DNA of 57,512 nucleotides from Acidimicrobiia bacterium (GTDB taxonomy: Bacteria > Actinomycetota > Acidimicrobiia > IMCC26256 > JACDBD01), in assembly GCA_035637335.1 (NCBI GenBank), contig DASPXI010000065.1, forward strand, positions 1 through 57,512, read 5' to 3'. The translations under genes were made by a program, and so were the position numbers. Shown piece by piece: positions 8,609 to 18,675 of this stretch. The notes under the pieces are model-generated. The model ran no database searches, had not been told where the DNA came from, and saw only the letters and a list, made by a program, of their open reading frames with translations. Numbering within the stretch: the stretch's first letter is position 1; every line of letters begins with the position of its first letter.

Positions 8609-10093
8609 GTGACTTTGATTCCCGACGAGCTGCGTACAGTCGCAGCGCGGTTTCCGGAGCGCGTCGCGGTCGACGTCGTCGACGAAGACGAGATGACGTT
8701 CGGGGAATGGGATAGGCGGTCGAACGCTCTCGCCCGCAGGCTCGTCGACCTGGGCGTGCAGCCTGACGACCGGGTCATGCTGCTCCTCCCGCCGCCGATG
8801 GCGACGCGCTTCGGGGTCGCCTACATCGCGGCGCACCAAGCCGGCGCAATCGTCGTCCCCGTGAACCCCCGCTATGCCGCCCGCGAGCTCGAACACGTCG
8901 CTCGGAACTGCCAGCCGGCGCTGCTCGTCACCGGTGGAGACCAAGAGCAGCGCGCCCGGGCCTTGGGCGTCGCGCCGGTCATCGGCGACGACGAGTGGGC
9001 GGCTGCGATCGATGGTGATCGATCACCGTTCCAGGTGCCGCGATCGCCGTCAGACCTGGCCGAGATCCTCTACACGTCCGGAACCACCGGCCTCCCGAAA
9101 GGCGTGACCTCTACGCACGAGAGCGTGCTCGCCAACGACGCCGCCCCGCTCGACCGTCCGCTCACGCTGCTGCACTCGGCGCCACTGCCGACGACGTTCG
9201 GAAGCCTCGGAGCGCTGATCATGCCGCTACGCCTGGCGATGACGAGCCTGGCGCTGCCGCACTTCGACACCAGCCGCTGTGTCGCGCTGATTGAGGAGCG
9301 GCGGCCGGCATGGCTGCTCCTGGTACCGGCGCAGATCCTCTTACTGCTCGAGTCGGGCGCGCTCGATGGCCGTGACACGTCGTCCGTGCGGATGGTGATG
9401 TTCGGGAGCGCGCCCACGCCGCCGGATGCGCTGCGGGCGCTGGCTGAGGCGTTCCCGCGGGCGGCGCTCGTGAACGGCTATGGCCTCACGGAGGGCGGTG
9501 GCAGCACGTGCACGATGCCGCCGGGTGAGCTCCTGCGACGGCCGGGGTCAGTGGGCAAGCCCGTCGCCGGCGCGTCGGTGCGCATCGTCGACGACGGCGG
9601 TGACGAGGTGGCGCAGGGCGAGGTAGGCGAGGTCGCGATCAGGCTCGCGGCCGGGCAGCGGTCGTACTGGAACGACCCCGAGGCGACCGCCCGGACGTGG
9701 CGCGACGGCTGGGTCCACACCGGCGACCTCGGGTACTTCGACGTCGACGGCTTCCTCTATCTCGTCGACCGCAAGAAGGACATGATCAACCGGGGCGGGT
9801 ACAACGTGTACTCGATCGAGGTCGAGAGCGCGCTCTACGAGCACCCCGACGTCGTCGAGGCTGCAGTCGTCGGCGTGTCGCACGACGTGCTTGGTCAGGA
9901 CGTGTGCGCGGTCGTGCGTCTGCGCGACGGCGTCGCGACGCTCGAGCTCACCGCCGTGCGCGACTTCCTCGCCGACCGGCTCGCCGATTACAAGCTGCCG
10001 CGCCGCCTCGTCGTGCGCGAGTCCCCGTTGCCTCGATCGGGAACGCACAAGGTCGACAAGCGGGCGTTGCTGGCGGAGCTGGTCGCTACTTGA
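8609..10093 (+). CDS. Class I adenylate-forming enzyme (acyl-CoA ligase)
   Basis: YTSGTTGLPKG, NGYGLTE, HTGDLG, DRKKDMINRGGYNV and C-terminal Lys (THKVDK). Confidence 0.95.
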   Translation: MTLIPDELRTVAARFPERVAVDVVDEDEMTFGEWDRRSNALARRLVDLGVQPDDRVMLLLPPPMATRFGVAYIAAHQAGAIVVPVNPRYAARELEHVARNCQPALLVTGGDQEQRARALGVAPVIGDDEWAAAIDGDRSPFQVPRSPSDLAEILYTSGTTGLPKGVTSTHESVLANDAAPLDRPLTLLHSAPLPTTFGSLGALIMPLRLAMTSLALPHFDTSRCVALIEERRPAWLLLVPAQILLLLESGALDGRDTSSVRMVMFGSAPTPPDALRALAEAFPRAALVNGYGLTEGGGSTCTMPPGELLRRPGSVGKPVAGASVRIVDDGGDEVAQGEVGEVAIRLAAGQRSYWNDPEATARTWRDGWVHTGDLGYFDVDGFLYLVDRKKDMINRGGYNVYSIEVESALYEHPDVVEAAVVGVSHDVLGQDVCAVVRLRDGVATLELTAVRDFLADRLADYKLPRRLVVRESPLPRSGTHKVDKRALLAELVAT

Positions 10094-10430
10094 GGCCCGT
10101 GCGCGTGTACTTGACGACGTCGCGAATCTCGGACGCCCTGAGCGTGCCTTTGAAGGAGGGCATGCCGGCTCGGCCGTTCTCGACCACCCGGATCTCGTCG
10201 GCCTCATCGGGGAAGGCGTCCACCACCGCGCCGCCGGCAAGCTTCACTCCGATCCCACCCTCGCCCTCCTGCCCGTGGCACCGGGCGCAGTTGGAGACAT
10301 AGAGGTCGTAGCCCGGGCCGCTCTTGGCGGCCGCGCCGCCGCCCGGTTCGTTCGCGAAGAGCTCGACCACGAACACAACCACGCCGACCAACACCAGCAC
10401 CTCGACGACGTTGACGACGCGTTTGAACAC
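10086..10430 (-). CDS. Membrane-anchored monoheme cytochrome c
   Basis: GTG 10430 after AGGGGG; N-terminal TM helix, CARCH heme motif, distal Met in GMPSF. Confidence 0.88.
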   Translation of the reverse strand: MFKRVVNVVEVLVLVGVVVFVVELFANEPGGGAAAKSGPGYDLYVSNCARCHGQEGEGGIGVKLAGGAVVDAFPDEADEIRVVENGRAGMPSFKGTLRASEIRDVVKYTRTGLK

Positions 10431-10444
10431 CGTGCCCCCTGTCG

Positions 10445-11017
10445 TCAGAAGCTCGGGAACCCGAACTCTCGCCAGAACCACACGGCGCTCGTCGCCCAGA
10501 CCGCCACGAGGCCCGCGAAGACCGTGCCACCCACGATGGGTAGCACCCAGTTGGGGAGCCCGTGCGTGCGGACGCAGAGCACCTTGATCGTGAACGCGCC
10601 GAAGAAGAAGCAGCCGAGGATCGAGTGCAGCAGCACTCGTGTGTCGGTCGACTGGAATCCGAGCGCCCACAGACATTGATACGCGACGGGCAGCGTGAAC
10701 GCGAACGCGATCGTTCCGGTGAGGCGGTGGGCGTCACCGAGCCACGGCGGTTCTTCGCGTGGGATGTGGATCTTCCCGTACAGCCGCAGCGCGAGGAGGA
10801 CCTGTACGGCCGCGAGGAGCAGCGCCGCGCTCGCGAACCAGACCTTGAGGTTGATGGTGTCGCTGAAGAACAAGGTGTAGGGGCGCTCGCCAGTGGGGTC
10901 GTGGACCTTGCCGTACACGCCGAGCAGCACAGACACGAGCGCACCGGCGACGACAATGGCGAGCAGCTTGACGGGCACCGAAGCTCGCGTGCTGAGTGCG
11001 GCAGCTGGTGCGGTCAT
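10445..11017 (-). CDS. Multi-pass membrane protein, DUF6529-like
   Basis: About 5 hydrophobic helices; FSDTINLKVW, HRLTG and RVLLHSILGCFFFG resemble DUF6529. Confidence 0.7.
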   Translation of the reverse strand: MTAPAAALSTRASVPVKLLAIVVAGALVSVLLGVYGKVHDPTGERPYTLFFSDTINLKVWFASAALLLAAVQVLLALRLYGKIHIPREEPPWLGDAHRLTGTIAFAFTLPVAYQCLWALGFQSTDTRVLLHSILGCFFFGAFTIKVLCVRTHGLPNWVLPIVGGTVFAGLVAVWATSAVWFWREFGFPSF

Positions 11018-11086
11018 ACCCGCCCCTTCGTCGTCCGGCGCGGCGATTCTGACCGCAGTGCGGTCCCCATACAAGGGGCCGCACGC

Positions 11087-11133
11087 TTCTGCGTCGCGTG
11101 AGTATCGGAGACCGTGACAGATGTGACACGGAA
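11087..11133. repeat. Degenerate 47-nt stem-loop, possibly related to the REP-like family
   Basis: TTCTGCGTCGCGT ... ATGTGACACGGAA imperfect inverted repeat of the same span as copies A-C. Confidence 0.4.
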
Positions 11134-11165
11134 CACTCGATCGCCGCAGAACCTATTCTTACGAT

Positions 11166-12446
11166 ATGCATCTCGATGACATGATCCTCGTGAGCGTGGA
11201 CGACCACGCGGTCGAGCCGCCCGACATGTTCGAGGGTCGGCTGCCGGCCCAGTACGCCGACGTGGCCCCGCGGGTCGTGCGCAAGGAGGACGGCAGCGAC
11301 GTCTGGCTGTACGAGGGTCGCGAGATCCCGAACATCGGGCTGAACGCGGTCGCCGGGCGTCCGCCGGAGGAGTACGGCATGGAGCCGACCTCCTTCGACG
11401 AGATCCGCGAGGGTTGTTACGACATCCACCATCGGGTGCGCGACATGGACGCCAACGGCGTGCTCGGGTCTATGTGCTTCCCGTCGTTCCCGCAGCTCTG
11501 CGGGCAATTGTTCGCTCGTTCGCACGACAAGGACGCCGGGCTCGCGATCCTGCGCGCATATAACGACTGGCACATCGACGAGTGGTGCGGCACATATCCC
11601 GGGCGTTTCATCCCGCTGGCGCTGCCGCCGTTGTGGGATCCGCAGGCGATGGCCGACGAGGTGCACCGCGTAGCCGCCAAGGGCTGCCACGCGATCAGCT
11701 TCTCGGAGAACCCCGCGAAGCTCCGCATGCCCAGCCTCCACTCGGACCACTGGGATCCGTTCTGGGCCGCGTGCTGCGAAGAGGACGCCATCGTGTCCAT
11801 GCACATCGGCTCGTCCTCGCAACTCGTCGTCACCGCCGACGACGCGCCCATCGACGTGCTCATCAGCCTTCAGCCCGTCAACATCGTGCAGGCGGCGGCC
11901 GATCTCCTGTGGTCCCCGGTGCTGCGCAGGTTCCCCGACGTGCGCATCGCGCTGTCCGAGGGCGGGATCGGCTGGATCCCGTACTTCCACGAGCGCGTCG
12001 ACTGGATCTACACCCGGCACCATCCCTGGACGGGCCAGGACTTCGGCGTGAAGCTCCCGAGCGAGGTGTTCCGCGAGCGCGTCGTGACGTGCTACATCGA
12101 CGACCTCGCCGGCCTCGAACAGCGCCACCGTGTCGGCGTCGAGATGATCTGCTGGGAGAGCGACTACCCCCATTCCGACTCGACATGGCCCATCTCGCCC
12201 GAGTTCGCGATGAAGGCGTTCGAAGCCGCCGGTGTTCCGGACGACGAGATCAACGCGATGACGCACGAGAACGCGATGCGCCACTTCCGCTTCGACCCGT
12301 TCGCGACCCGGCCGCGCGAGGAGTGCACGGTCGGCGCGCTTCGCGCCCGGGCTGCCGACGTCGACGTGGCGCCCAGGAGCGTGGGCAAGCGCGCGACGAT
12401 GACGAAGGCGAGCGATCTGCTGTCCGCAGGGCCACGTCGCAGCTAG
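11166..12446 (+). CDS. Amidohydrolase family protein (Amidohydro_2 type)
   Basis: SVDDH, CFPSFP, AYNDW, MHIGSS, LSEGGIGWIP and WESDYPHSDSTWP motifs. Confidence 0.93.
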   Translation: MHLDDMILVSVDDHAVEPPDMFEGRLPAQYADVAPRVVRKEDGSDVWLYEGREIPNIGLNAVAGRPPEEYGMEPTSFDEIREGCYDIHHRVRDMDANGVLGSMCFPSFPQLCGQLFARSHDKDAGLAILRAYNDWHIDEWCGTYPGRFIPLALPPLWDPQAMADEVHRVAAKGCHAISFSENPAKLRMPSLHSDHWDPFWAACCEEDAIVSMHIGSSSQLVVTADDAPIDVLISLQPVNIVQAAADLLWSPVLRRFPDVRIALSEGGIGWIPYFHERVDWIYTRHHPWTGQDFGVKLPSEVFRERVVTCYIDDLAGLEQRHRVGVEMICWESDYPHSDSTWPISPEFAMKAFEAAGVPDDEINAMTHENAMRHFRFDPFATRPREECTVGALRARAADVDVAPRSVGKRATMTKASDLLSAGPRRS

Positions 12447-12461
12447 CTACAGTCCCGTGAG

Positions 12462-13252
12462 ATGCGGCGGGTTCGATGGGCGGCGGCGGGCGCGGCATTT
12501 GTCGTCGCGCTGGCAACAGGCACGCCCGCGATCACGGCCGCGCCGCCGCAGGCTCGGCTGACGGGCGAGGCGCAGCTCGACCCCGTCTACAACCAGGGCA
12601 TCGCCCGGGGGAAGAACGGCTGGCTCCTCTCGGGAACGCGCGTGCTCGCCCGCGTCGACGACAAGCTCCAGGACATCCAGCGGGTGAACGACGCGATACC
12701 ACCCGACTGGGCCGCACGTGGGTTCAACCACATCGGCGACGTCGACGTCGCCGGGAAGTACGTCTACGCGCCGTACGAGCAGCCCGAGTACGAGCGCGGT
12801 GAGCAAGCGATTGCCCGCTACGACGCCAAGACACTGGCATTCGTCGACGCCGTGACGGTCCCGCAGCACGAGGCCTCGTTCGTCACCGTCGACCCGAAGA
12901 CGATGATCGCCTATTCGATGGACCGCTTCGGTGGCGACGCCCTGCTGCGCTACGACGTGCGCAAGGGCTGGAAGCAGCTGAAGCCCCTGCGCATGTCGCA
13001 GTTCGTCGACCGAGTGCAAGGCGGCGAGTCGCCGCGGGTGCCGTGTGGCTGTCGACCGACGACGCCACCAACGGCCTCTATCGGGTCACGCTCCCGAGCG
13101 GCAAGGTCGAAGCACTCGGCAACGCCGGGCACGTCGACGGCGAGGGCGAAGGCATCGACGCCACGAAGCTGCGCAACAACCGGCTCCACATGCTGACGGT
13201 CGACGTGAACTTCACACCGGTGTGGCTAGGCAACCTGGCTGTATCCGGGTGA
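12462..13252 (+). pseudogene. Secreted hypothetical protein (beta-propeller-like) split by a 1-nt frameshift near 13026-13030 (pseudogene or sequencing error)
   Basis: Signal peptide, then coherent sequence to ...DRVQGGE. The natural continuation (V)AAGAVWLSTDD...GHVDGEGEGIDA lies in the frame of ORF 13043-13252. Confidence 0.65.
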
Positions 13253-13269
13253 CGCTACGCTCCTTCGCC

Positions 13270-13977
13270 GTGGCCGCAGACCACCTGTCACATTTCCTCG
13301 ACGTCGGTCGGCGCGTCCTCGGCGATCTCGTGCAGGCGGGATGGTCGGTGGCGGTCGACGTCGGCACCATCAGGCCGGGTCATCGGCGAGCGCGACGGTT
13401 CGCGCATTTCGGCGAGCGGAGCGCGATCTGTTTCCCGGTCGCGGCGCTGTTCGGCGAGGGCGCGATCCACATCGGCGACGGCTGCATCATCGGCCCCTAC
13501 GTGACGCTGTCCGCGGGCGTGTCACCCGAGCACGTGCTCGATGGGGACATCGTCCGCATCGGTGACCGGTGCGTAATCGGGAAGGGGAGTGGCGTCGTCG
13601 GCCACCAGCACATCGAGATCGGCGACGACGTCTGGACCGGCCATCACGTGTACGTCACCGACGCCAACCACGGATACATCGATCCCGACCAACCGGTCGG
13701 CAGGCAGTTCGCGGCGCCACGGCCGGTGCGAATCGGCTCGGGGTCGTGGCTCGGGCACGGGGCGCTCGTCCTCGGCGGCGCCACGATCGGCGAGCACGTC
13801 GTCGTCGGCGCCGGCGCCGTCGTCACCGGCGAGTTGCCGGACTACTCGGTCGCGGTCGGCAACCCGGCGCGCGTCATCCGCCGGTATGTGACCGGCAAGG
13901 GCTGGGTGCGCGTCGCCGACGAGGACGACGCCCACCCAGCCCCTCGTCGCTACCCGCCCGCGGCCGGCGACGGGTAG
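13270..13977 (+). CDS. Hexapeptide-repeat (left-handed beta-helix) acyltransferase
   Basis: IHIGDGCIIG, IEIGDDVW, TDANHGY, VVGAGAVVT and VAVGNPARVIR; alternative start GTG 13249. Confidence 0.9.
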   Translation: MAADHLSHFLDVGRRVLGDLVQAGWSVAVDVGTIRPGHRRARRFAHFGERSAICFPVAALFGEGAIHIGDGCIIGPYVTLSAGVSPEHVLDGDIVRIGDRCVIGKGSGVVGHQHIEIGDDVWTGHHVYVTDANHGYIDPDQPVGRQFAAPRPVRIGSGSWLGHGALVLGGATIGEHVVVGAGAVVTGELPDYSVAVGNPARVIRRYVTGKGWVRVADEDDAHPAPRRYPPAAGDG

Positions 13978-15662
13978 CTCGGCGGCGTGCTCTCCGGCGG
14001 CAGCTGCTGCTGGAAGATCGTCGCCGACGCCGCAGTGTCGAACAGCCCGGCTTGGCCTTTGGCCGGGAAGTGCCCGAGCGTGTATCGCTTCCCTCCATCC
14101 GCGTATCGGTACAGCCCGGTGCCGTTGTTGGAGGCCTCGTCCTCGCCGGGAGCGGTCGGGTCCCACCAGATGAGCGCGGCGTCGTCTGCTTCGTAGTAGT
14201 CGATGAACGGCCAGACCCCGTGCTTCCCCCAGGATTGCTGCGGGTTGACCGGGTCGCCGCCCGACGGCGGGTAGCGGAAGAGCCCGTCACGGAACGTCTT
14301 CGGCGTGAGCTTCGGCCCCGCCAGCATGACCCCCCGGGCGAAGATGTAGACGCCTGGGTTGATGACCCCGTAGATGTTGCTCGGCGGGGGCGTGCCGTGG
14401 AACCAGTCGTAGAGGAACCACGTCCCGCTGAGCTCCTTCTGCGCCCTTCCCGGGACCAGGCCGATGCCGAACGCGTGCTCCCACTGGCTCTGGTCGTAGG
14501 TTCGGCCGAAGATCGACGTGTCGGCGAGATACGTAGGGCCGATGATCCATTCCGGGAAGTAGTCCTGCGCCGTCGCCTCCTTTGTGAGCGACGCCGGCGT
14601 GAGCGGATCGCCCGTGTAGATGACGGTCGTGACGCCGGCGTCCTTCATCTTCGTGATGATCGTGCGGGCGTTCTCCTGCAGCTTGGCCGGGTCGAGGAAG
14701 AAGGACTGATCGACCTTGGGCGTGATCTTGTACTTCTTCAACTTGTCCTTCAGCGTGGTGAAGAGCCCCTGGTACTGGCCGTCAGGGGTGTCGTAATGAG
14801 CAACGCCGTACACCCGATTCTTGGCCTGGATCGCCGGGTCACCGGCGTGTTGGGCCTTGCCCGGCCCGGCTTGCTTGCCGATGAGCTCGGCCGTGAGCTC
14901 GGCCCCCTCTTCCGGCGACTGTGCGACCGGGAAGATGTACCCCGCGTTCCGTTCGACGATCTTCTGAGGTACTGCAGCCGCACAGAATCCGACGCAGAGC
15001 ACTCCTCTCGACGCCAGCTCGTCGGAGAACACAGTCGTCGACTGCTGTGGCGCACCGAGCACCGCGAATGGCTTCTTGTCGGCGATGGCGATGGCGTCGG
15101 CTTTGGCTGCGGTGGTATCGGCGCCGCTGCCAGTCCCGACGAAGAACTCGACTGAGATCTTGCGGCCGTAGAGTTCGAACAGCTTGTTGTAGATGTCGAC
15201 GTAACCTCTGAACGTGTTCTCGATCTCGGGGATATCAAGATTTGCCCCCGCGAGGCGGATCTGGGCGGCAAGCAGGGGGTCCTTGGCCGGATCGGCGACG
15301 TAGACGACGAGTTTGATCTCGTCACCCGTGACCCCTTCCGACGTCGCCCCACCGTTCTTGCCCTTGAACGGCTCGACACACGGCGGCGCGTAGACCGACG
15401 GCAGCTTCACCCGTCCCGTCGCCGTGTCGCAGTTCGGGCCGAAGTCGATGTTGGTCTTGCCGAGCAGCTTCGCCTTCTGCGGCGTCATCGGACCGGCCTT
15501 GACGAGCTTCTGGTTTCTCTGCGCGTCCGACTCGTCGCTGGCTGGAGACGCGGCCGCAGTCGCGGCGAGCATGCCTGCGACGAGCGTCATCGTCATGATG
15601 ACACCAAGGAGCGACAGAGCGCGAGGACCGGTTCCGCACCGCCGGTTGATGTTGGTGGCCAT
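13950..15662 (-). CDS. ABC transporter substrate-binding protein (type I fold)
   Basis: Signal-like N-terminus without lipobox; GATSEGVTGDEIKL motif; last gene of a Liv-type ABC operon; GGAAG upstream of ATG. Confidence 0.8.
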   Translation of the reverse strand: MATNINRRCGTGPRALSLLGVIMTMTLVAGMLAATAAASPASDESDAQRNQKLVKAGPMTPQKAKLLGKTNIDFGPNCDTATGRVKLPSVYAPPCVEPFKGKNGGATSEGVTGDEIKLVVYVADPAKDPLLAAQIRLAGANLDIPEIENTFRGYVDIYNKLFELYGRKISVEFFVGTGSGADTTAAKADAIAIADKKPFAVLGAPQQSTTVFSDELASRGVLCVGFCAAAVPQKIVERNAGYIFPVAQSPEEGAELTAELIGKQAGPGKAQHAGDPAIQAKNRVYGVAHYDTPDGQYQGLFTTLKDKLKKYKITPKVDQSFFLDPAKLQENARTIITKMKDAGVTTVIYTGDPLTPASLTKEATAQDYFPEWIIGPTYLADTSIFGRTYDQSQWEHAFGIGLVPGRAQKELSGTWFLYDWFHGTPPPSNIYGVINPGVYIFARGVMLAGPKLTPKTFRDGLFRYPPSGGDPVNPQQSWGKHGVWPFIDYYEADDAALIWWDPTAPGEDEASNNGTGLYRYADGGKRYTLGHFPAKGQAGLFDTAASATIFQQQLPPESTPPSYPSPAAGG

Positions 15663-15696
15663 GTGGCTTCCTTTCCCCCCTGAAAAGTCAGTCGTG

Positions 15697-18675
15697 TCAG
15701 TCTGAACGAGGATCGGCGCCCAGCAATGCGCCCTGGGTGCCGGAGCGAGCGATGGTGGCCTCGGTCGTGCCGAGGTACGACGCGATGACCGCCGGATGGC
15801 GAACGACCTCGGCCGGGCTGCCCTCCGCGATGATCTCACCCAGGTCGAGCGCGATGATCCGGTCGGCGATCGAGGTGAGCAGCGCGATGTCGTGCTCGAT
15901 CACGAGGAGCGTCGCTCCCAGCGTGTCGCGGATTCGTGTGAGCAGTGGCCCTAGCGCCTCGGCCTCGCGCTGGGCGATGCCGCTCGACGGCTCGTCGAGC
16001 AGCAGCACACTCGGCTCGTGCGCGAGCACGCACGCGATGTCGACGATGCGGCGACTGCCGGTCGAGAGCTCGTGTACGAACTTGTCACGGAACGCGCCCA
16101 AGCCCATGAGGTCGACGAGCTCGTCGACCCGGTGGCGGACGCGCGCCTCCGACTTCTTGACCGTCGGTAGGTGGAGTGCCGCCGCCAGCGGGTCGCGCAC
16201 CGAGACGTGCGTCTCGAGCGCCACGGCGATTGTCTCCTGCACGGTGAGCGCGGGGAACAGCCTGCCGTCCTGGAACGATCGACCCAACCCGAGACGCGCC
16301 CGGGTCTGCGCCGACTTGCGGTGCAGCTCGGAGCTGCCCTCGTCGGTGCGCAGGACGATGGTTCCCGCGTCATCGGGCAGGAGTCCGCAGATGACGTTGA
16401 AGAGCGTGGTCTTGCCTGCGCCGTTCGGACCGATGAAGCCGAGTATTTCGGCCGGCGCGACGGAGAAGGAGACGTCGTGGAGCGCGGCGATGCCGCCGAA
16501 CCGCTTCGACACGTCACGCACCTCGAGTCGCGTCTGCGCCGCGCCGCCGCTCTCGGGCCCGACGCCGCGGTCGCCGTTGGGTGCGAACCTCGGCGTGCGC
16601 GGCCCGCCGGCGCCTTCGAGGAACACCGAACGCAGCACGTCGGGTCGCTCGAGGAGCTCGGCCGTCGGGCCGTGGAAGCGGATCTCACCCTTCTCCATGA
16701 AGAAGGCCTCCTCGGCGAGCGTAAGCGCGAGGTTGACGGACTGCTCGACGAGGATGATCGTCGTGCCCCGATCGCGTAGCGCCTTCACGATCTCGAGCAG
16801 TTGCGCGATCACCGTCGGGGCCAACCCGAGCGAGAGCTCGTCGATCATCAGGAGACGCGGCCGGCCAATGAATGCCATCCCGAGCGTCAACATCTGCTGC
16901 TGCCCGCCCGAGAGGTTCCCTGCCGGCTCCTGGAGCCGGTCGCGCAAGACGGGGAAGTAGTCCAGCACGCGATCGGTCGCTTCCTTGACCTCGTCCGGCT
17001 CCCGGCGCTGGAGCCAGCCCGCCAGGCGCAGGTTCTCGGCCAACGTGAGCGACGGGAACACGCCCTGCCCGCCCGGCACCTGCGTGACGCCACGCGCCGC
17101 GATCTCGTCCGGGGGCGTGTGCGTCATGTCGCGACCGTCGAAGATGATCGCGCCGCCGCTCGCCTCGACGAGGCCCGAAACGGCCTTGAGCAGCGTCGAC
17201 TTACCGGCGCCGTTGGTCCCGAGGAGCGCCACGATCTCGCCCTCGTCGATCTCGAAGTCGACCCCGAACAGCACCTGGACGCCGTCGTAGTGGACGTCGA
17301 CACCGCGAACGAGGAGCAGCTTGACCTTTCCTTGCCGCCGCTCGTACGCGACCTCGGACTGCGCGGCCGCCGCCGTCCACACGCGGGTGATGTCGCCCTT
17401 CACCTTTGACCCGCCCGAGGCGAGGATGAGGCCGCCGATCACGAACACCGGCGCGGCCGCCAACAGCGCCAGCCGAATGCCGTACGCGTCGGCGATCCCG
17501 CCGACGATGGGAAGGACGAGCAACCCGGGCACGATCCAGATCGCGGCGACCGCGAACCCGAACGCGCGCACCTTCGGGGGAATCGTCAGCGACAACACGC
17601 TGTAGATGCCGGGCACGAGCAGGCCGAGCGATCCCGAGATCACGAGGTTCGACGCGATCGCGACGGCGAGGTTCGGTGCTTGGGAGAATACGATCCAGGC
17701 GACGGAGACCACGACGGTGACGGCGAGGAGGAACTTCAGCACGAGGCCGGGATCGCGCGCCAGCAACTTGGTTGCAATCGGGATGCCGATGAGGAAGCCC
17801 ACGATCGAGGCTGGCTCGGCGATCCCCGCGACGAGGCCCCGCTGCAGCTCGTTGAGGCCGAAGGTGTCCTGGTAGAAGAGCGAGCCGAGCGTCAGCAACC
17901 CGACAACTGACAACGCGAGAAACGGCAGTGACGCGAAGAGGCGCCGCAGCGTGCCGACTTGCCACACGATCCGCCACGACTCGGACCACGACGGCGGCGC
18001 CTCCTCCGTGGCGATCGCCTCCTCCGAGGCGCCCATCGCCCGCCGCTCGTACGCGCCACGCACCGGTTCGCGCAGCCGGAGCGCCAGGATCACGAAGATC
18101 GTGGTCGGGATGCCGAACAGGATGAAGGGCGTCCGCCAACCGAAGAAGTGCGCGATCACGCCACCGAGGACCGGGCCGAGGAACAGTCCGATCGCGTTGC
18201 CCGACCGGTGGACGGCGTACACCTTCGGCCGGACCGGGACGTCGTAATAGTCGGGGATCAAGGAGTTGTGGACCGGGTCGTTGAAGGCGCGTCCGAGGCC
18301 GGATCCGGCGCGCACGATCGCCAGCATGACGACCGTCACCGCCAAACCGGTGAGCACGGAGAACACGCCCCACAACACGCCGGCGAGGACGACGATGTTG
18401 ACGCGGTTGAAGCGGTCGGCCCAGAACCCGATCGGCAGCGCGAGGACGAGGGCGGCGATGAACGACAGCGAGACGACCGTGAGGATGCCCTGGGTGTTCA
18501 GGCCGAAGTCGTCGCGGATGTTCGGGAGCAGCACGCCGAATGCGGTGCGGTCGAGTTCGTCGGCGGCGTTGAGCCCGAACAGCACGACGAGCGGGAACAG
18601 CGCGGCTCCGCCGGTCAGGCTGTCACACCACCTGGCGAACCTGTTGGTGCGGGCTGGGGCGGCCGTCGCGGTCAC
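15697..18675 (-). CDS. MFS transporter fused to two ABC ATPase domains (LivF-like and LivG-like)
   Basis: About 12 TM helices with MFS motif A-like GFWADRFNR. NBD1: GTNGAGKST / LSGGQ / LMIDE / VEQ. NBD2: GPNGAGKTT / LSTG / LLLDE / IEH. Confidence 0.88.
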   Translation of the reverse strand: MTATAAPARTNRFARWCDSLTGGAALFPLVVLFGLNAADELDRTAFGVLLPNIRDDFGLNTQGILTVVSLSFIAALVLALPIGFWADRFNRVNIVVLAGVLWGVFSVLTGLAVTVVMLAIVRAGSGLGRAFNDPVHNSLIPDYYDVPVRPKVYAVHRSGNAIGLFLGPVLGGVIAHFFGWRTPFILFGIPTTIFVILALRLREPVRGAYERRAMGASEEAIATEEAPPSWSESWRIVWQVGTLRRLFASLPFLALSVVGLLTLGSLFYQDTFGLNELQRGLVAGIAEPASIVGFLIGIPIATKLLARDPGLVLKFLLAVTVVVSVAWIVFSQAPNLAVAIASNLVISGSLGLLVPGIYSVLSLTIPPKVRAFGFAVAAIWIVPGLLVLPIVGGIADAYGIRLALLAAAPVFVIGGLILASGGSKVKGDITRVWTAAAAQSEVAYERRQGKVKLLLVRGVDVHYDGVQVLFGVDFEIDEGEIVALLGTNGAGKSTLLKAVSGLVEASGGAIIFDGRDMTHTPPDEIAARGVTQVPGGQGVFPSLTLAENLRLAGWLQRREPDEVKEATDRVLDYFPVLRDRLQEPAGNLSGGQQQMLTLGMAFIGRPRLLMIDELSLGLAPTVIAQLLEIVKALRDRGTTIILVEQSVNLALTLAEEAFFMEKGEIRFHGPTAELLERPDVLRSVFLEGAGGPRTPRFAPNGDRGVGPESGGAAQTRLEVRDVSKRFGGIAALHDVSFSVAPAEILGFIGPNGAGKTTLFNVICGLLPDDAGTIVLRTDEGSSELHRKSAQTRARLGLGRSFQDGRLFPALTVQETIAVALETHVSVRDPLAAALHLPTVKKSEARVRHRVDELVDLMGLGAFRDKFVHELSTGSRRIVDIACVLAHEPSVLLLDEPSSGIAQREAEALGPLLTRIRDTLGATLLVIEHDIALLTSIADRIIALDLGEIIAEGSPAEVVRHPAVIASYLGTTEATIARSGTQGALLGADPRSD

